A DNA stretch of 61,959 bases, the filler included, from Porpidia crustulata (Eukaryota): NCBI GenBank assembly GCA_964255105.1. It is 6 parts of 6 records of this genome, joined end to end, with 100 filler letters (N's around TTAATTAATTAA, not from the genome) between each part and the next. Parts side by side here need not be neighbours in the genome. Positions count along the whole stretch, not along the records: positions 31,045 to 41,286 come from CAXUWE010000808.1; positions 41,387 to 51,626 come from CAXUWE010000809.1; 4 more parts are not named here. One strand, written 5' to 3'. A model generated the notes under the pieces. The model saw nothing but the letters and a program-made list of their open reading frames with translations, had not been told where the DNA came from and made no database searches. This document shows, piece after piece, positions 32,927 through 46,907 of this stretch. The translations under genes and the position numbers were made by a program. Positions within the stretch are counted from its first letter, which is position 1. Each line of letters begins with the position of its first letter.

Positions 32927-35900
32927 GTGAACGGACGTTGGACTACCGCAAACTTTGCCGTTCCGCAGATTATGGCCGGGAATAAGGAAGGGGATGATCA
33001 GAGGTCTCACATCAATGGGATTTCTGGCGCTCCCGAGCCCCCAGTTCTAGGATGCCTGACTCAGACACTGGTAAAAAGCCCAGTCATCAAGTATATGATC
33101 CCTGCGCGAATCCGGCATCAGAAATATAACGATGTAATTTTCGTATACAGCAACTACATTGAGATCAAACAGGTGATTACAGAAGGTCATCTTGAAGATC
33201 TGTCGGTCGAGCTTCGAGATGTTGCTTTCAAGTCAGACTTTGACTCAACGATCCGTGCTGCTAGAATCTTTGGCTCCTCCAGAAAGATCACTGCCTCAGT
33301 ACAGAAACCTACAGGCATTGAGGCCATTATCAAGAAAGAGGAACTGCCGCCTCCAGACAACGCTGATGATTACCATCCAGGGATACCACCTCAGATCCTC
33401 GTACTAAGCCTCGAGTCGAAGAAACTAGTGTTTCTATTTGCTTTTCACAATGCTTCAGGTGCTGTACATTTTGTTTGCAGACAAAGAGCGCTCCCATCGG
33501 CGGCAGCATATAATGAACAAGTTGGTGAATATATAGCTGTAGATCCGAAGTGAGTCCACCATATGATATACTCATAGAAGACACTCATGTCGTCAGATCA
33601 CGGGCTATGGCAGTTGCTGCGTGGGAAGGATGGCTTACCATTTATTCTCTGAAGCCCATGAAACGGCTGAAAGAAGAGGTAGAGGTAGATGAAAAGCTCA
33701 TAGGCAATCGATTTGAACCAGTCAAGAATGTATGTTCATCCAATCGGCCACACCATGAGAACTCAACGCTAACCTATCACTCAAGGAGAGAAACCTACAA
33801 ATCCAAGGAACCATACTCAAAATGGAGTTTCTTCATCCCCAAAGGGGTGACGACGACCACATCATCTTGTTGCTTGTTGTTTCTAAGGAGGGCAAGACTT
33901 CTTTGGTATGGTATAGTTGGGATCTCTCGGAGACCGATCTACCACATCCCAATACAATACCTCATCGCCAGCGCTTCTCACAAGAAGACCAGCTACCACT
34001 TCTACTGATTCCTCTCACTATGTCATCAGCTTTTGTGCTGATTAGTGAGGCGCAAATCACGGTCTATAAAGACATACTTCATGGAATTCCAACTGTTTAC
34101 AAACAGAGAACCCTGGATAACTTAGAGCCACCCGAAGAACCCGGCAGTTCTAAGAGAGCACCGCTTTGGACTCAATGGGCAAGACCCATGAGAGGAGAGC
34201 ACTGGTCAAATAACCAAGACGATGTCTATCTTTGTCGTGAGGATGGTTTAGTGCGCTATGTACGCATCAGCGACGAGCGCCCGATGATGATTGACAGTTC
34301 ACACCGGGCAGGTATTCTTAAAGTCAATGTCAATACAGCCTTTACGAGCATCGATCTAGGTGTTCATCATACCGATCTTTTGGCGGTAGGAGGGGACCTT
34401 TCCAATGGGGGCCTTTGGATCTTTCCACCTCGGCACCACCCTAAGATGAAAGCAGTGATTCCAAATTGGACTCCTCTGATCGAGTATACGACAACGCGAA
34501 ATTCTTCCAAATTGCAAACCAACTATGGACGCCCAGTCCAAGCTTACGATCCTTCCGTGACCCATACACGAACTTTCGCTTGCACTGGTAAAGGGACTAG
34601 ACATGGGGCGATCAGTGAGATGAGATACGGCCTAGCAGCGTTTGGCAGCACCTGCGATGTTGGCGATCTAAGTGAAGGCGGGATACTACGCATCTGGGCG
34701 CTTGCCCGCCCTTCCGATGCTGGGAACTATCTCATGCTGGCTCATCCGACCACAAGCTCTCTCTGGCTGATAGCCACCAATGAGGATGGCAATGGGCCCG
34801 AGCTTGGGCAGCTAGGCGAAAACCTTGGTATCAGTCTTGATGCTCGAACTATAGCTGCAGGTGTCACCGCCAGCGGTCTGATCATCCAGGTGACAGAAAA
34901 CTCGATCAACGCCGTTTCGCCTGAAGAACGCCTACCTCAATTCGAAACACGCTGCCACAAGGAAAAAATCGCTGCGGCTTCAATCGGAAGGATACAGACC
35001 AACGAGTCTGTGCTCTTGACAGTCGTGCGGGATGACCAAGGCTTTCATCTGCATTACGGCTACTTCAGGTCAGACTTTTCGCAAATTACATTCGAGCAAC
35101 TAGGAGATCCAGTCTTACTTTCTAACGAACCTTCTTGTATATCGATTCACGAGATTTGGCACCAATTATTCGCATTCATCGCTACGACAGCAGGAAGAAT
35201 CCTAGTTTACTGTGCGGACGTTGGCTCAAGCTTAACTTTAATCTATGAGTATGCGTTTGAGGGCGAGGTTCCAATTTGTGACAGTATTGCTGTCCTCACA
35301 TTAAGCAAAGATCGAGTTCATACCACGGAACACATAATTGTCTGCGGCCTTCGAAATGGTACTTTGCAAACCCTCTGCCTCAATGGCTTGAATACCTCAG
35401 GTTAGCAACGAAAATACATCTGAAACAGTTACTCGCTGACGGTATTTTGCAGATAGTCTACTGACATTCTGTGAGACAATATTCATTGGCGATACCTCTG
35501 TTCACGTAGCGACCGACAAAACGAGGGCAAACAGAGCTATCGCAGTTTGTGAGCAGCAAATGTTCTCGATCGAATATCCTTCAACTTTTTCTAGGAAAGC
35601 GCCTGCTACGATGAGTAAAGTTTACTTTACTAGTAATGACCTGCCTGCATTTCAGCCAAGCAGCATCATTTTGGATACTCAAACAGATCCAACCGGTCTC
35701 GGCGACTTTTCGGATGGAACATTTTACTTTCTTTCCGGGACTCAGCTTCACATGGCCCATCTGCAGCAGGCGCCCCAATTGTTACCCCATCATCTACCTG
35801 TCGATGGCACTCCGTCAAAAGTTTTGTATTCTAAATACCTCAAGAAGCTTATCGCGCTGTACACCAAGATCAAAATAATACAACCTCGACAGTCTAATGG

Positions 35901-37263
35901 ACATTATGTCCGAGCACCACAGCGTGCGCTGAGGCCAATGATTGCCTTTCTAGATCCTGATAGTGAGCCTGTCAAGTATGATCCCGACGATATTGACCAC
36001 CAGGGTTCTCGAGTCCTGGGTGAATGTAACCCAGGGGAAAAGGTCCTTGGTATGATGGAATGGTTTCCCCTGGAGAACGACGGTAAAATGTATCCCCTGC
36101 TTGTCCTTAACACCTTGGCAAAGCAGTACGGGCAGAATGCTTCTGGACGGCTTCTTATGTTTGCTATACGACAAGGTACCAACGGTGAAATCACACTGGA
36201 TATGAAGATCAATCTAGAATTCGAATCCCCAGTGTATTCGGTAGCAGCTTATGGCAGAAGTTCGCTGGTCTACTGCTGTGGTAAAGATTTAATACTCCGC
36301 AAGTTGGTCATGCACCCTTCCAAGAGATGGAATGAGCCTGCCAGATATTCTTTGACATCGCCAGCAGCTCATATCTCGGTCCACGCATCTGACGTGTATG
36401 TCACAACGACCAATAGCTCTTTGTCAATCCTCAAGATCGAAGACGACAAGATAGTCTCCCACTTCAACGATCAAGTCGCCCGAGCCGGACTTCATCATTT
36501 AGAAGTTTCCAATATGTCACTCATCCTGGCATCTGGAAGAGACTGCACAGTCACCGGTTTGTGGAAGCCTCCGAAGCCACGGATAGATAATTCGACGTGC
36601 ACTCTCTTTCAAGTCAGACTCCCCGGATCGATCACTCGATTCCGGTACATCTTGAAGGCGGGTTGGCATCGTGCGTCCCCGATCGCTTCTTTATCACGGG
36701 TTTCCGACACGAGGCGGCCTTCCCCAAAGTTCAAGTCGAGCATACCTGATTCTCACAATGACCTCATTGACCAAAATCGCCTTATCAAAGAAGGCGAAGC
36801 AATCATAGGGGTCAGAGCTGATGGCGCCATACATCAATTCGATGTGTTGGATGAACCGTCGTGGAGATTACTCCGCTATATCCAGAATATGGCGATGCTA
36901 GACCCGATAGTCTGTCCTTTCCATGAGCAATTCCGTCCGCGAAGCCTGGAGCCAGTCATGTCAAACAAGAGAAATATGCATGTTGATGGTGATATTTTGC
37001 ATCAATTGCTCGAGCGGGGCGGGGAAGATTTATTAGGTGACATCCTTGACCGTGACGGGGAAGATTATTCAGCAGATATAATGGATATCGATTTCATTAG
37101 TGGAGATCATGAAGGGGAAAGGCTTGCGAACGCGAAAAAAGCATCAGCCAGAAGAGCCAGATTTAAGGAACTTGCTGCAGATGTTGCGGAGCTGGCTGAC
37201 GGGGAAAGAGACGAGGCTGCAGTGGTACAATGGATTAGGTTCAAGTTGCTCAGGGCACTATGA
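32927..37263 (+). CDS. Mms1-like / DDB1-superfamily beta-propeller protein (MMS1_N plus CPSF_A-like), 4 exons; start uncertain
   Basis: GCLTQTLVKSPVIKYMIPARIRH..NDVIFV, GEYIAVDPK-SRAMAVAA, ILKMEFLHP, FACTGKGTRHGAISEMRYG and C-terminal MHVDGDILHQLL; ORF blocks 32927-33553, 33822-35405 and 35560-37263. Confidence 0.75.
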
Positions 37264-38149
37264 TTACGCTCCACACAAGTCTATGGAAGTGTTCGTTCGA
37301 TTCAATCATCGCTTGTATAATAATTCGGTTCATGTTTCTGTTCCTTTGTCGTTGGCGACACGACTGGCATCTGATGATTGTAATAAACCGACATCGTGAG
37401 GGAGATAAGATGCAATGCCTCAGATATTACTTCGGTCGGTCTCGAATAAGGCAAACCGTGTGGATGAATCTCTTTCTCTGTTCTCAATCTATACTTCCAA
37501 GCCAAAGCATGAAATACATGGCAAATGACAGGTAGATAGTGTGAGAGGGCTGCTCCCAAAAAGTCAAAAGCCGCCCTAACCTTCAAACAAATATTCCAGA
37601 GAATTTCGGGAAGGATTGGACACGAAGGATAGCGTCTGCATCATGTGAAGCTCCTCTCAAGAGAACTCTCTCCTTGCCTAGCTGGCCCACCATTGATGAT
37701 TTAGCTTATCGACAATGCCTCTTCTGATCACTATCCTAATCTAGAGAAGCAGCAGGATTTGCATTGCGGACTAGTTCTGATCTTACTTATTTTACTCCTG
37801 GCTCGTCAAGATTTGCTCTATCTGTGCTGTCTCTAGAGATGGCATTAAATTCAGCGTTCAAGAGGGCGTGACTGGGCATTGAAGATTGCAAATAGAAAAT
37901 ATCAGGTCCTCGGGAGTCGGTGGAGAGTATCTTGACGTGCCTGAGTATATAATACTACGCTAGTGCTAGCTAATCGATAACGTACTTCGCCACGCTAAAA
38001 TCCGGCAGCATCAAAATACTTTAAGCCCCATTGCCCTTTGCAGTAATTACTGGATCAGCTTTGACCGATGTTCAGCTGTTCTTGCCTGGCTGAGCTAGAC
38101 TCAAGTACTGTGTGTTTCTTCTCTGAGAAGTCTATAAGCGCTTCTCATT

Positions 38150-41100
38150 ATGCCGCCCAAAAAGAAAGCGAACAAGAAGGGGAACGATGACTGGGAGGCA
38201 GAGCTAGGAGAAACCGTGGACCCCGTCGCCGCCGCGACACAAGAAGTAACAGAAGCAGATCCCGCTCAGTATGTAGAGGAAGACGGCAGTGCTATAGGAG
38301 GTGGAGGGTTGCTGGCGGCGCTGAAAAAAAATAAGAGTAAGAAGCAGAAAAAAGGCAAGCCCGTCGACGAAGATTACGTGGAAAGCGAAGATGCGCACGG
38401 GGTAAACGGGACCAATGGCTACTCGGAAGTCAACGGCGTTGAAGATCTTGCAGCGAAGGCACCGGAGGAGGCCAACACAGATGATCTATTTGCAGCACCA
38501 ACCTCCAAAGGGAAGGCAGCCAAGGGAAAACCAGGGAAAGTAGAACCTACCCCGAAAGAAGACGGGGAAGCGTTGGAAGAGGACGGGGGTACTCTGAAAA
38601 GCAAGAAGGAAAAAGAAAAGGAGAAGAAAGAGAGGGAGAAGCAGAGGAAGAAGGAACAGGTGTGCCAAACCCAAGCGTATCACTTTCCTATTCGAGTCGG
38701 GCTAATCAGGTTTCGAATGGTACAAAGGCGGCCAAAAAGGCTTCAGAGAAAAAAACAGCGCCACCTATACCAACGCCAGCTGCCAAGGCAGAACCAGTCG
38801 AGCCTATTGCGGAAGCCAAAGCCGAACCTGCTCCAGCCCCTGGCGCTGACAAAAGTGGCAAGAAGAAACTACCCGGTGCTCTTGCAGCTCTAAAAAAGCA
38901 ACAAGAAGCTATACGGCAGCAGCAGGAGGAGGCGGCGAGGCTAGCAGCTGAGGAGAAAGCTCGTTTAGATGATGAGGAGCGGTTGGCCGCAGAGGAAGAG
39001 AAGAAAAAAGAGGAAGCCCGGGCACGAAGAAAGGAGAAGGAAAAAGAGAAGAAAGAGCAGCTGAAGAAAGATGGTAAGCTACTTACCAAAGCTCAAAAAG
39101 AGACAAATCAAAGAAACGAAATCAAAAGACAGCAGATGCTGGCTGCTGGCGGTAAGGTCGCTGGGTTAGAGGAAACTGCTGAGAAGAAAAAACCCGTCTA
39201 TGACAATAAGAAGAAAAAGGGGCTGAAAAAGCCTGGCGAAGAAGCTAAATTGGAAGAAGAGAAGGCTGCAGCCGAAGCTGAAGCTCGACGACAAGCTGAG
39301 CAACAAGAGAGGCTAAGGTTAGAAGAAGAGGAGAGAGTAAATGCTGAAGCTGCGGCGGCTGCTGCAGCTGAAGCGGAGTCGGAAAGTGACCCCAATGTGA
39401 AGGAGAGCTGGGATGCCGATTCGGAGGACGAGGACACAAAGTCAATATCAAGTACTCCAGAACCAGATAACAATACACATAAATCGCACGATCTAGTAGC
39501 TGCACAGGTCGATCTATCAAAAAGACCATCAGCGAAACTACAAAACAAGCAAGCTGTAGAGTCGGATTCGGACTCGGATTCCGATTCCTCTGAAACAGAA
39601 ACCAAGACCGCTACTCAGCGAGCACTTGCGCAGAAGAAAGCAGAAGCGGCCGAGAGAAGGAAGAAGCAACACGAGGAGGCCTTGGCTGCCAGATCGAAAG
39701 ATAACCTGCGTTCACCCATTTGCTGCATCCTGGGTCACGTCGATACCGGCAAAACCAAGATTCTCGATAAGATTAGGCAAACCAACGTTCAAGAGGGCGA
39801 GGCTGGTGGTATCACTCAACAAATTGGTGCTACATACTTCCCTCTGGAAGCTTTGCAGGCCAAAACGCAAGTGGTCAATAAAAATGGAGCGTTTGAATTC
39901 AAGGTTCCCGGCCTTTTGGTAATCGACACTCCTGGCCACGAATCTTTCACGAACCTTCGTTCGCGTGGCTCTTCGCTTTGTAACATTGCCGTTCTTGTGG
40001 TTGATATCATGCACGGGCTGGAACCGCAAACACTCGAATCAATGAGGCTACTTCGTGACCGCAAAACACCCTTCATTGTTGCTCTAAACAAAATAGACCG
40101 TCTATACGGTTGGAAAAAGATAGAAAACAACGGGTTTACAGAAAGTATGGCGATGCAAAATAAGGGCGTTCAGAATGAGTTCCGAGATCGTTTGGAGAAG
40201 ACTAAAGTCGCATTTGCCGAGCAGGGGTTTAATGCCGAGCTTTACTCGGAGAATAAGTCCATGGCAAAGAATGTATCCCTGGTTCCAACATCAGCACACA
40301 CAGGCGAAGGGATACCAGATCTACTGAAGCTATTGGTCTCTTTGACTCAAGAACGGATGACAAATAAACTCATGTACCTATCAGAGGTAGAGTGCACTGT
40401 GCTTGAGGTTAAGGTTATCGAAGGCCTTGGCACGACCATCGACGTAGTACTGTCTAATGGTATTCTAAGGGAGGGTGATCGCGTTGTACTCTGCGGGCTG
40501 AACGGAGCGATCTCGACAAACATACGAGCATTACTCACACCAGCGCCATTGAAAGAACTTCGCCTGAAATCACAGTATGTTCACAATCAGGAATGCAAAG
40601 CTTCTCTTGGTGTCAAAATCGCTGCTAACGACCTCGAACACGCCATTGCCGGCTCACGCTTACTCGTAGTCGGTCCCGGAGACGATGAAGAAGATCTCGA
40701 AGAAGAGGTCATGTCAGATATTGAGAATCTGCTAGGTAAGGTCTCCAAGACTGGTCGCGGTGTCAGTGTCCAAGCATCCACTCTCGGCTCCCTCGAAGCC
40801 CTCCTCGAATTCCTCAAAGTCTCCAAAATCCCTGTCGCCAACATCTCCATCGGACCCGTCTACAAGCGAGACGTAATGTCCGCAGGCATCATGCTTGAAA
40901 AGGCCAAGGAGTACGCCGTGATGCTCTGCTTCGACGTCAAAATCGATAAAGAAGCGCAGGCTTACGCCGATGATGTTGGCGTCAAGATCTTTACGGCTGA
41001 TATCATTTACCACCTCTTCGACGACTTTACCAAGCACATGGCCCAATTAGTGGAGCAGAAGAAAGAAGACAGCAAACTCCTCGCCGTCTTCCCCTGCGTC

Positions 41101-41286
41101 CTCACACCCGTAGCCGTCTTCAACAAAAAAGACCCCATCGTCGTTGGCGTCGACGTCACCGAAGGAAACCTCCGCCTCCTCACTCCCATCGCCGCCGTCC
41201 GCACCAACCCAATCACCAACGTCAAAGAAATCGTCAGCCTTGGTCGAGTGTAAGCCCCATCCCCTCCCCCCCAACCTTCACAGAAG
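38150..41286 (+). CDS. FUN12: Translation initiation factor eIF5B (3' end lost at contig end)
   Basis: K/E-rich N-terminus; [48 protein letters not shown] and [12 protein letters not shown]. Confidence 0.97.
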
Positions 41287-41386
41287 NNNNNNNNNNNNNN
41301 NNNNNNNNNNNNNNNNNNNNNNNNNNNNNNTTAATTAATTAANNNNNNNNNNNNNNNNNNNNNNNNNNNNNNNNNNNNNNNNNNNN
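41287..41386. other. Artificial contig spacer (N44-TTAATTAATTAA-N44)
   Basis: Identical 100-bp linker. Confidence 0.98.
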
Positions 41387-42402
41387 GTTAATGAGGGATT
41401 TGAGGTGTTCGTGCGGAAGAGCGGGGAAGTCGACGGCTAATTCGCAGACGTGCGCTTCGAGGAGGGCGGGAGGTGTTGTGGAGACGTATGGGTTTGGGTT
41501 GGACTCGTGGAGGTCGCAGAGGGCGATGATGGTGGCGGGAAGGGAGGCGCCGGATTTGTGGTAGGTGGAGGTGACGGTTTGGCGGGGCAGGTAGGTTCGC
41601 TGGGTTATGTATTCGACGTCTTCTTTGGCTCGATCCCAACGGCTTGGTGTCAGGGGAGGGTCGGTGCTTGGTTGCAATTCCGAGAACGAAGGTGTTGAGC
41701 TGGTGCGGCGCGTTGGTCTCTTCCTTCTACCTTTTCCTTTACGGCCTCGTGTCACATCCGAGGGCTCAATAAACCCGTCAATCCCCCTCTTGATGATCTG
41801 CCCACCCCCGTTGACGTCTTCGTCCTCGAAAAAGACATGGTTTAGGAGCTCCTCCACTGTTCGCCCATAGTTGTATCCTAGCTTTTTGAGAGTATAGCTT
41901 ATATCAAATTCCTTCACGCTGGGGAACATCTCCATGAGAATTGTAATCTTGTCTGCGCCTGACAGCGCTTCCAGCTCCAACTCATAACGCGCTTTCTGAG
42001 TGAAATCCTCTTGTTGTACTTCATTGTTTGTTGATAGGGATGTTTCGGTCAAGTCCGTCTCCTCAGATGTAGATACAAAATCGCCGTGCCATGATTTTGC
42101 TCGGCTGGGGGAACTTTGCCGGCTATAGTCGTCATATTGTTGTCCGCTGCTTCCAGAGGGATCGAATGATGTATCGTCCTCCGCAGTATTGTTTTTGAGG
42201 ACGTCAAGTATCCCTCGTATTTCTTTCGCCGATTCTACATTTGACAGATCATAATCTGAAACTATAGCAAAAAGGAGGGCGGAGTCTATGGGAGGGCAGT
42301 ACTCCACCTGCGGGCAAGCGCAGTTTTCTGTCAGCAATGATGGGGGTTTCCAGAGGGTCGACAATTCCTCACCTCTAAAAGTTTGAGATTGTTCTCATCC
42401 AT
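41387..42402 (-). CDS. CUE-domain protein, probably Cue2-like Smr-domain family (5' part; truncated)
   Basis: Short first exon MDENNLKLLE, intron GTGAGG...CAG, then VEYCPPIDSALLFAIVSDYDL; CUE-like segment LMEMFPSVKEFDISYTLKKLGYNYGRTVEELL; the Smr domain itself is not visible. Confidence 0.65.
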
Positions 42403-42884
42403 GCCCGCTGTGCGACATACACATATGAGAGACCTTACGGCTTTTAGATTTTTTTTTGAACTTGATCAAGAAGTATTTATTTGACTAAAGATAAATAAAC
42501 AACAAATGCTCATGCTTGCGTCAACATCTCGATAAGTGACAGTAGTGTTGGTTTAGCCAAACACAAAGTTACAGTACATGTAATTAATCTCGACATTACC
42601 CAGTTATGACTTTCACGATCAATGCACTTGGCCACTGTCATAGATGTAAGTGACTAAGACGGTTGCCTCTGTACAAAGAAACGTTTAGTCTAAGTTTATT
42701 ATCCTTGCTAGGAACAAGGCCTAGGCGTACGCTCACAGTGATATATTGACGATTACTCCGATGTCATTTCGTAACATATAAAGATTTTGCGTTGATTCTG
42801 GTACTCAAATCTAGTAGCTCTTTTGTAGAAAAGGAAAGAGAAGAAAACCCGGTTGTAGTCGGATTCTGAAAATCAAACACGACA

Positions 42885-44330
42885 ATGCTCTCCGCGAACA
42901 TGGCGATCGGCAAGCTTCTTGAGAGAAACACCCATTTGATGCCAGGTGAGCCAAAGTAATCCTCTTTTGGTTTTAGATTCTAATCAGCCCTCATATCGGT
43001 CCTAGGAAAGCTGCTTGTCTCTGAGCTCGCATACTTGGTACCTCTTGACTACCGTAATCCTGAAAAAGAGCGTATACGTCTCTTTGCTAGGAGTGTAGAC
43101 CGCTTCGAAAGGCCAATTGACCCTAGTACCAAAGAGAATAAACAAAAACCTTGGTTCGTCTACTTGCAAGGTGGACCTGGACTTGGCTGTGGATCTCCGC
43201 AGAACTTCCCGTGGGTTGATTTTGTCCTTGACAAGGGCTATCAAATACTTCTACTAGACCAGCGTGGCACAGGACTTAGCAGTACGATCACTGCAAAGAC
43301 CCTTGAAACCAAGGGGGATCCTGAGGTGCAAGCGGCTTATCTGAGAAATTTCCGCGCCGATAGTATTGTCCGTGATTGTGAAGCCATTCGTCAAAATTTG
43401 ACCAAAGAGTACCCAGAAGACAAGAAGAAATGGACAATAATGGGCCAAAGCTTTGGGGGTTTCTGCGCTGTCAATTATCTTTCAAGATTTCCAGAGGGAC
43501 TCAAAGAAGTCTTCACTACCGGAGGTCTCCCGCCACTTGTTAAGCAACCAGATATAGTCTACAAACACACATTTGAGAAAGTTCGCCAACGGAACGGGGC
43601 CTACTACCAGAAGTTCCCTGAGGATGTCCAGTCAGTCAAAGATATTGCAAGATACCTTAATGCAAAGGCGCAGCAGAACCAGCAGGTTGTGCTGCCCTCT
43701 GGTGGTAACCTTTCTGTCCTCAGACTGCGGCAAATTGGAATATACTTTGGATTCCACAACGGTTGTGATGTAGTTCACGATATGATCTACCGCTTAGTGA
43801 ATGACTTGAGGTATTTTAAGGAATTTACTCGACCAACGCTCACAGCATTTGACACTCTCTTGCCCTTCAATGTTGCCACACTGAATGCACTGCTGCATGA
43901 GCCGTGCTATACACAGGGAGCAGCATCCGATTGGTCTGCCGATCGTGTCATGAGGACGCTGCCGGAATTTATGCAGTCATTAGACGGAGATGATCCGATC
44001 TTGTTCGTTGGCGAGATGGTGTTCAGAGACCAGTTCGCAGATTACGACGAGCTGCGACGCCTGGAAAAAACGGCGGACATTCTGGCGAAAATGACAGATT
44101 GGCCAGACCTGTATGACGAGACACAGCTTGCCAAGAACGAAGTGCCCGTCTATTCGGCATCATTCTACGATGATATGTACGTATCATTCGAGCTGGCCCA
44201 GCAGACCGCGTTAAAGATTAAGAACTGCAAGCATTTCATCACGAATGTCATGTATCACAATGCGATCCGTGCTAAGAGTGACGATCTCCTGAAGCAGCTA
44301 TTTGCCCTCCGAGATGACGTGATTGATTGA
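42885..44330 (+). CDS. Proline iminopeptidase (prolyl aminopeptidase, peptidase S33), 2 exons
   Basis: VPLDY, YLQGGPG, LDQRGTGLS, FRADSIVRDCEAIR, nucleophile motif GQSFGG, DDMYV and C-terminal HNAIR. Confidence 0.92.
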
Positions 44331-45410
44331 TATGTGGCGCAAGAGGCTTTTCATGAGACGTTTGGTGATGTCGAGCGTCTTGTGTGGACGGACTTGTAAC
44401 GTGACGAGTGCCGACGTTTGAAAGAGGCCATTTGTTGACGGGGATTTGGACTCTGTAGGAATAAATATACAGCAGCACGCGTGCTTCTCAATCGGAACTC
44501 GTCAAGGTCCAACGGCGGTGGAGATACCCAAAAAGTATCATCTCCTGTCACGGTGAGCCAGTATTATCTGGCCTGGGCGCTACAGAAACCATGATTCACG
44601 TCCCAGGATCGACTCATTACTGAGAGATAACGATAACTATCTAGTGACCTACATCTGCTGCTCAAGGAGATAAGATGCAGCTACGCAGAGCTAGCCGTAT
44701 CTTGAGACGGTAGATGCAGAGGTACGATGATAGCTGTGATGAAGCGGTCATGCCAATACGCTTGCAAAAGAGTTTACCCAAGCCGCCTAGCAAACATATA
44801 GATCTCTATAAAAGCTGAAAGATTTCATGTTCAAGGTCTTCACCCACAAGACCTTTCATGATTATTGAAGTTGACCCAAGAAATCCCAATTGTTGCACAT
44901 CATTTCGACTGATCGATGCCCCAGCAATTATAGATACGTCGCACAGCCATACAGAAGCTACCAGTGCCGAGCTGGAGTCAAAGTACGGGTCAGTTCACGG
45001 ACTCCGACTATATACTGATATTCGCACACACTCGCTGCGACGAGTGCTTTGCATTTCCTCGCGGCTCCGTCCTCGGGGATCATGGAAGAGGGAAAGGCGA
45101 CTTTCTCGTACATAAGATTCCCCAATCACCACAACATCATCAACCGTGTCTTGGACGAGAGGGAGGACCGTAGGTGCCAGCCTCTACCGTACTTAATCTT
45201 AGGTCAAGACTACAGGTGATGAAGATGTAAAATACATTGTCGAAAAGTCTCTTCATGCGAGAGATCGGCACGATTGTGCCAGAGCGTGATGAATGTTTCC
45301 CTGTACTTGAACCGCTCGTGGAGGCGATGAGTCATAAGGACCTGGTCTTTTGTTTAGAGGCATTCTCCGTCATCAAGTTGACTGCTGTTTCCAACCGACA
45401 AGTCGAACTG

Positions 45411-45455
45411 CAGGGACATCTGTCAGGGTCAGGGACACCTGTCAGGGACATCTGT
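45411..45455. repeat. Imperfect 13-bp tandem repeat CAGGGACA(T/C)CTGT x3
   Basis: Copies at 45411-45423, 45430-45442 and 45443-45455, with a 6-bp partial copy in between. Confidence 0.85.
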
Positions 45456-45785
45456 AAGGGGCGATTCTCAAGGTGGTAGAAAGCTTTGATGAATGTGTGG
45501 GGCTTTGCGGCATATTCAAGTTTCCGTGCGAATGGGGTATTTTCCCCGACTATAGGCGGATGCTTTTTGATCTATTGATGACCGGCGAGAGACAGGATGT
45601 ACTCTGGTTCCTTCGACAGGGGTACACCTAAGTGATGAAGAGGGAAGCGCCAGGCAGCTGCTGGTGGCTTCTCGATGAACTTTATTTGACATTATAGGTT
45701 TTTCCGGAGAGCCACCAAACAGTGTTACATATGCTACTCATGGAAGCTGCGGTCGATCAAGGAATCGCTCATCTCTCCCAAATCT

Positions 45786-46907
45786 TCATCCACAGCCGAG
45801 CATAGTGCTAGCGAAGTCTACCAATCGTAACTTTCTCGCATCTTCAGGATGAAATTGCGCAACTTTTTCCCGGACCATGAATCGCACTCCTGCAGTCTCT
45901 CGTTGTAATACAACGTAAGGAGCCGCAGGCCCTTCACCAGCAGCAGCATTCAGGAGGTCCTCGGTCAAATTACGAAATTCAGCATGAGCAAGGTCTTTCT
46001 CAGCACGATTCCCTATGTCTGCGTCCTCATCACCACTCTGAGGTCCCCAAATCGCTTCGATCCGTCGTTTCCTCAAAGCATTGCCTTTAGCGTCTTCGGC
46101 TACTGCTTTCTTCGCTTTGCCCTGCTGGTTGAAGCCTGCCTTTAAGGAGTCTTCATCGAACTCAACCATATCGCCGACCACGGGTCCACCTAGGTCTTCA
46201 GCTGCTAGCATAGCAGCTAGATGTTGCTCGACAAATTTGTTGAAGGCTTTTACTAACTTTCGAAGCTCTTTGGCGAAATGCACCTTGCGTAGGTGTTGCT
46301 CCTGGACGATTTCTCTCATTAGGGCTTCCGGCGATTTTCGCGTGTGATCTTCGTGCTCCAGACGAAGCTCTTCAACTCGCTTCTCTAATGCGTCGGAAAG
46401 CAGGCGAGCATCACGAAAGTCATCCTCTTCTTGATTTAATGATTTTTCTTCTTGCGCTATACTTTTCTTCGTCACAATAAGCGAGGCTTTGGTCTGATCG
46501 ATTACATCTACTGAGTTGCGTAGCGCGAGTAAAGTTGGCAAAGGGGATTCGGGTGCTGGTAAGGTAGGTTCAGCACCAGCCAATGCTTTGTATCCTGCTG
46601 TGAGGGTACGGAGCTGGTGGATACGTGATATATTATCATGAGAAGGGTGGTCTAGAGATATGGACGGATTCGATGCTTTCAGCTGAGTTGATTGAGTCTA
46701 CAATACGAAATATATCTATCTTGATAGGATTACCTTTTCTAGCGCCGCCTCCTGTTGCTTGACTTGATCTTGCAAACCTTTGAGAGTTTTCTTCAGCCTG
46801 GCTTCGTACACGATATTTTCGTCAGGGAAAGTTGTGTCGTGACCCGTATCTTCTACTTTGCTGGCGTATTGCTGTAGCTTGATGAATGCCTGCTGCTGGG
46901 TGGCCAT
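45786..46907 (-). CDS. Centromere protein K-like (CENP-K/Sim4 family), 2 exons
   Basis: Coiled-coil N-terminal half; MLAAEDLGGPVVG; C-terminal VRFMVREKVAQFHPEDARKLRLVDF resembles the CENP-K H-P-x-D...R-L-x-D-F terminus; intron at 46733-46683. Confidence 0.7.

Noticed and set aside
44858..45700. HET-domain-like pseudogene suggested by fragments such as FRLIDA
   Set aside because: Matches too short and spread over different frames; would need BLASTX support
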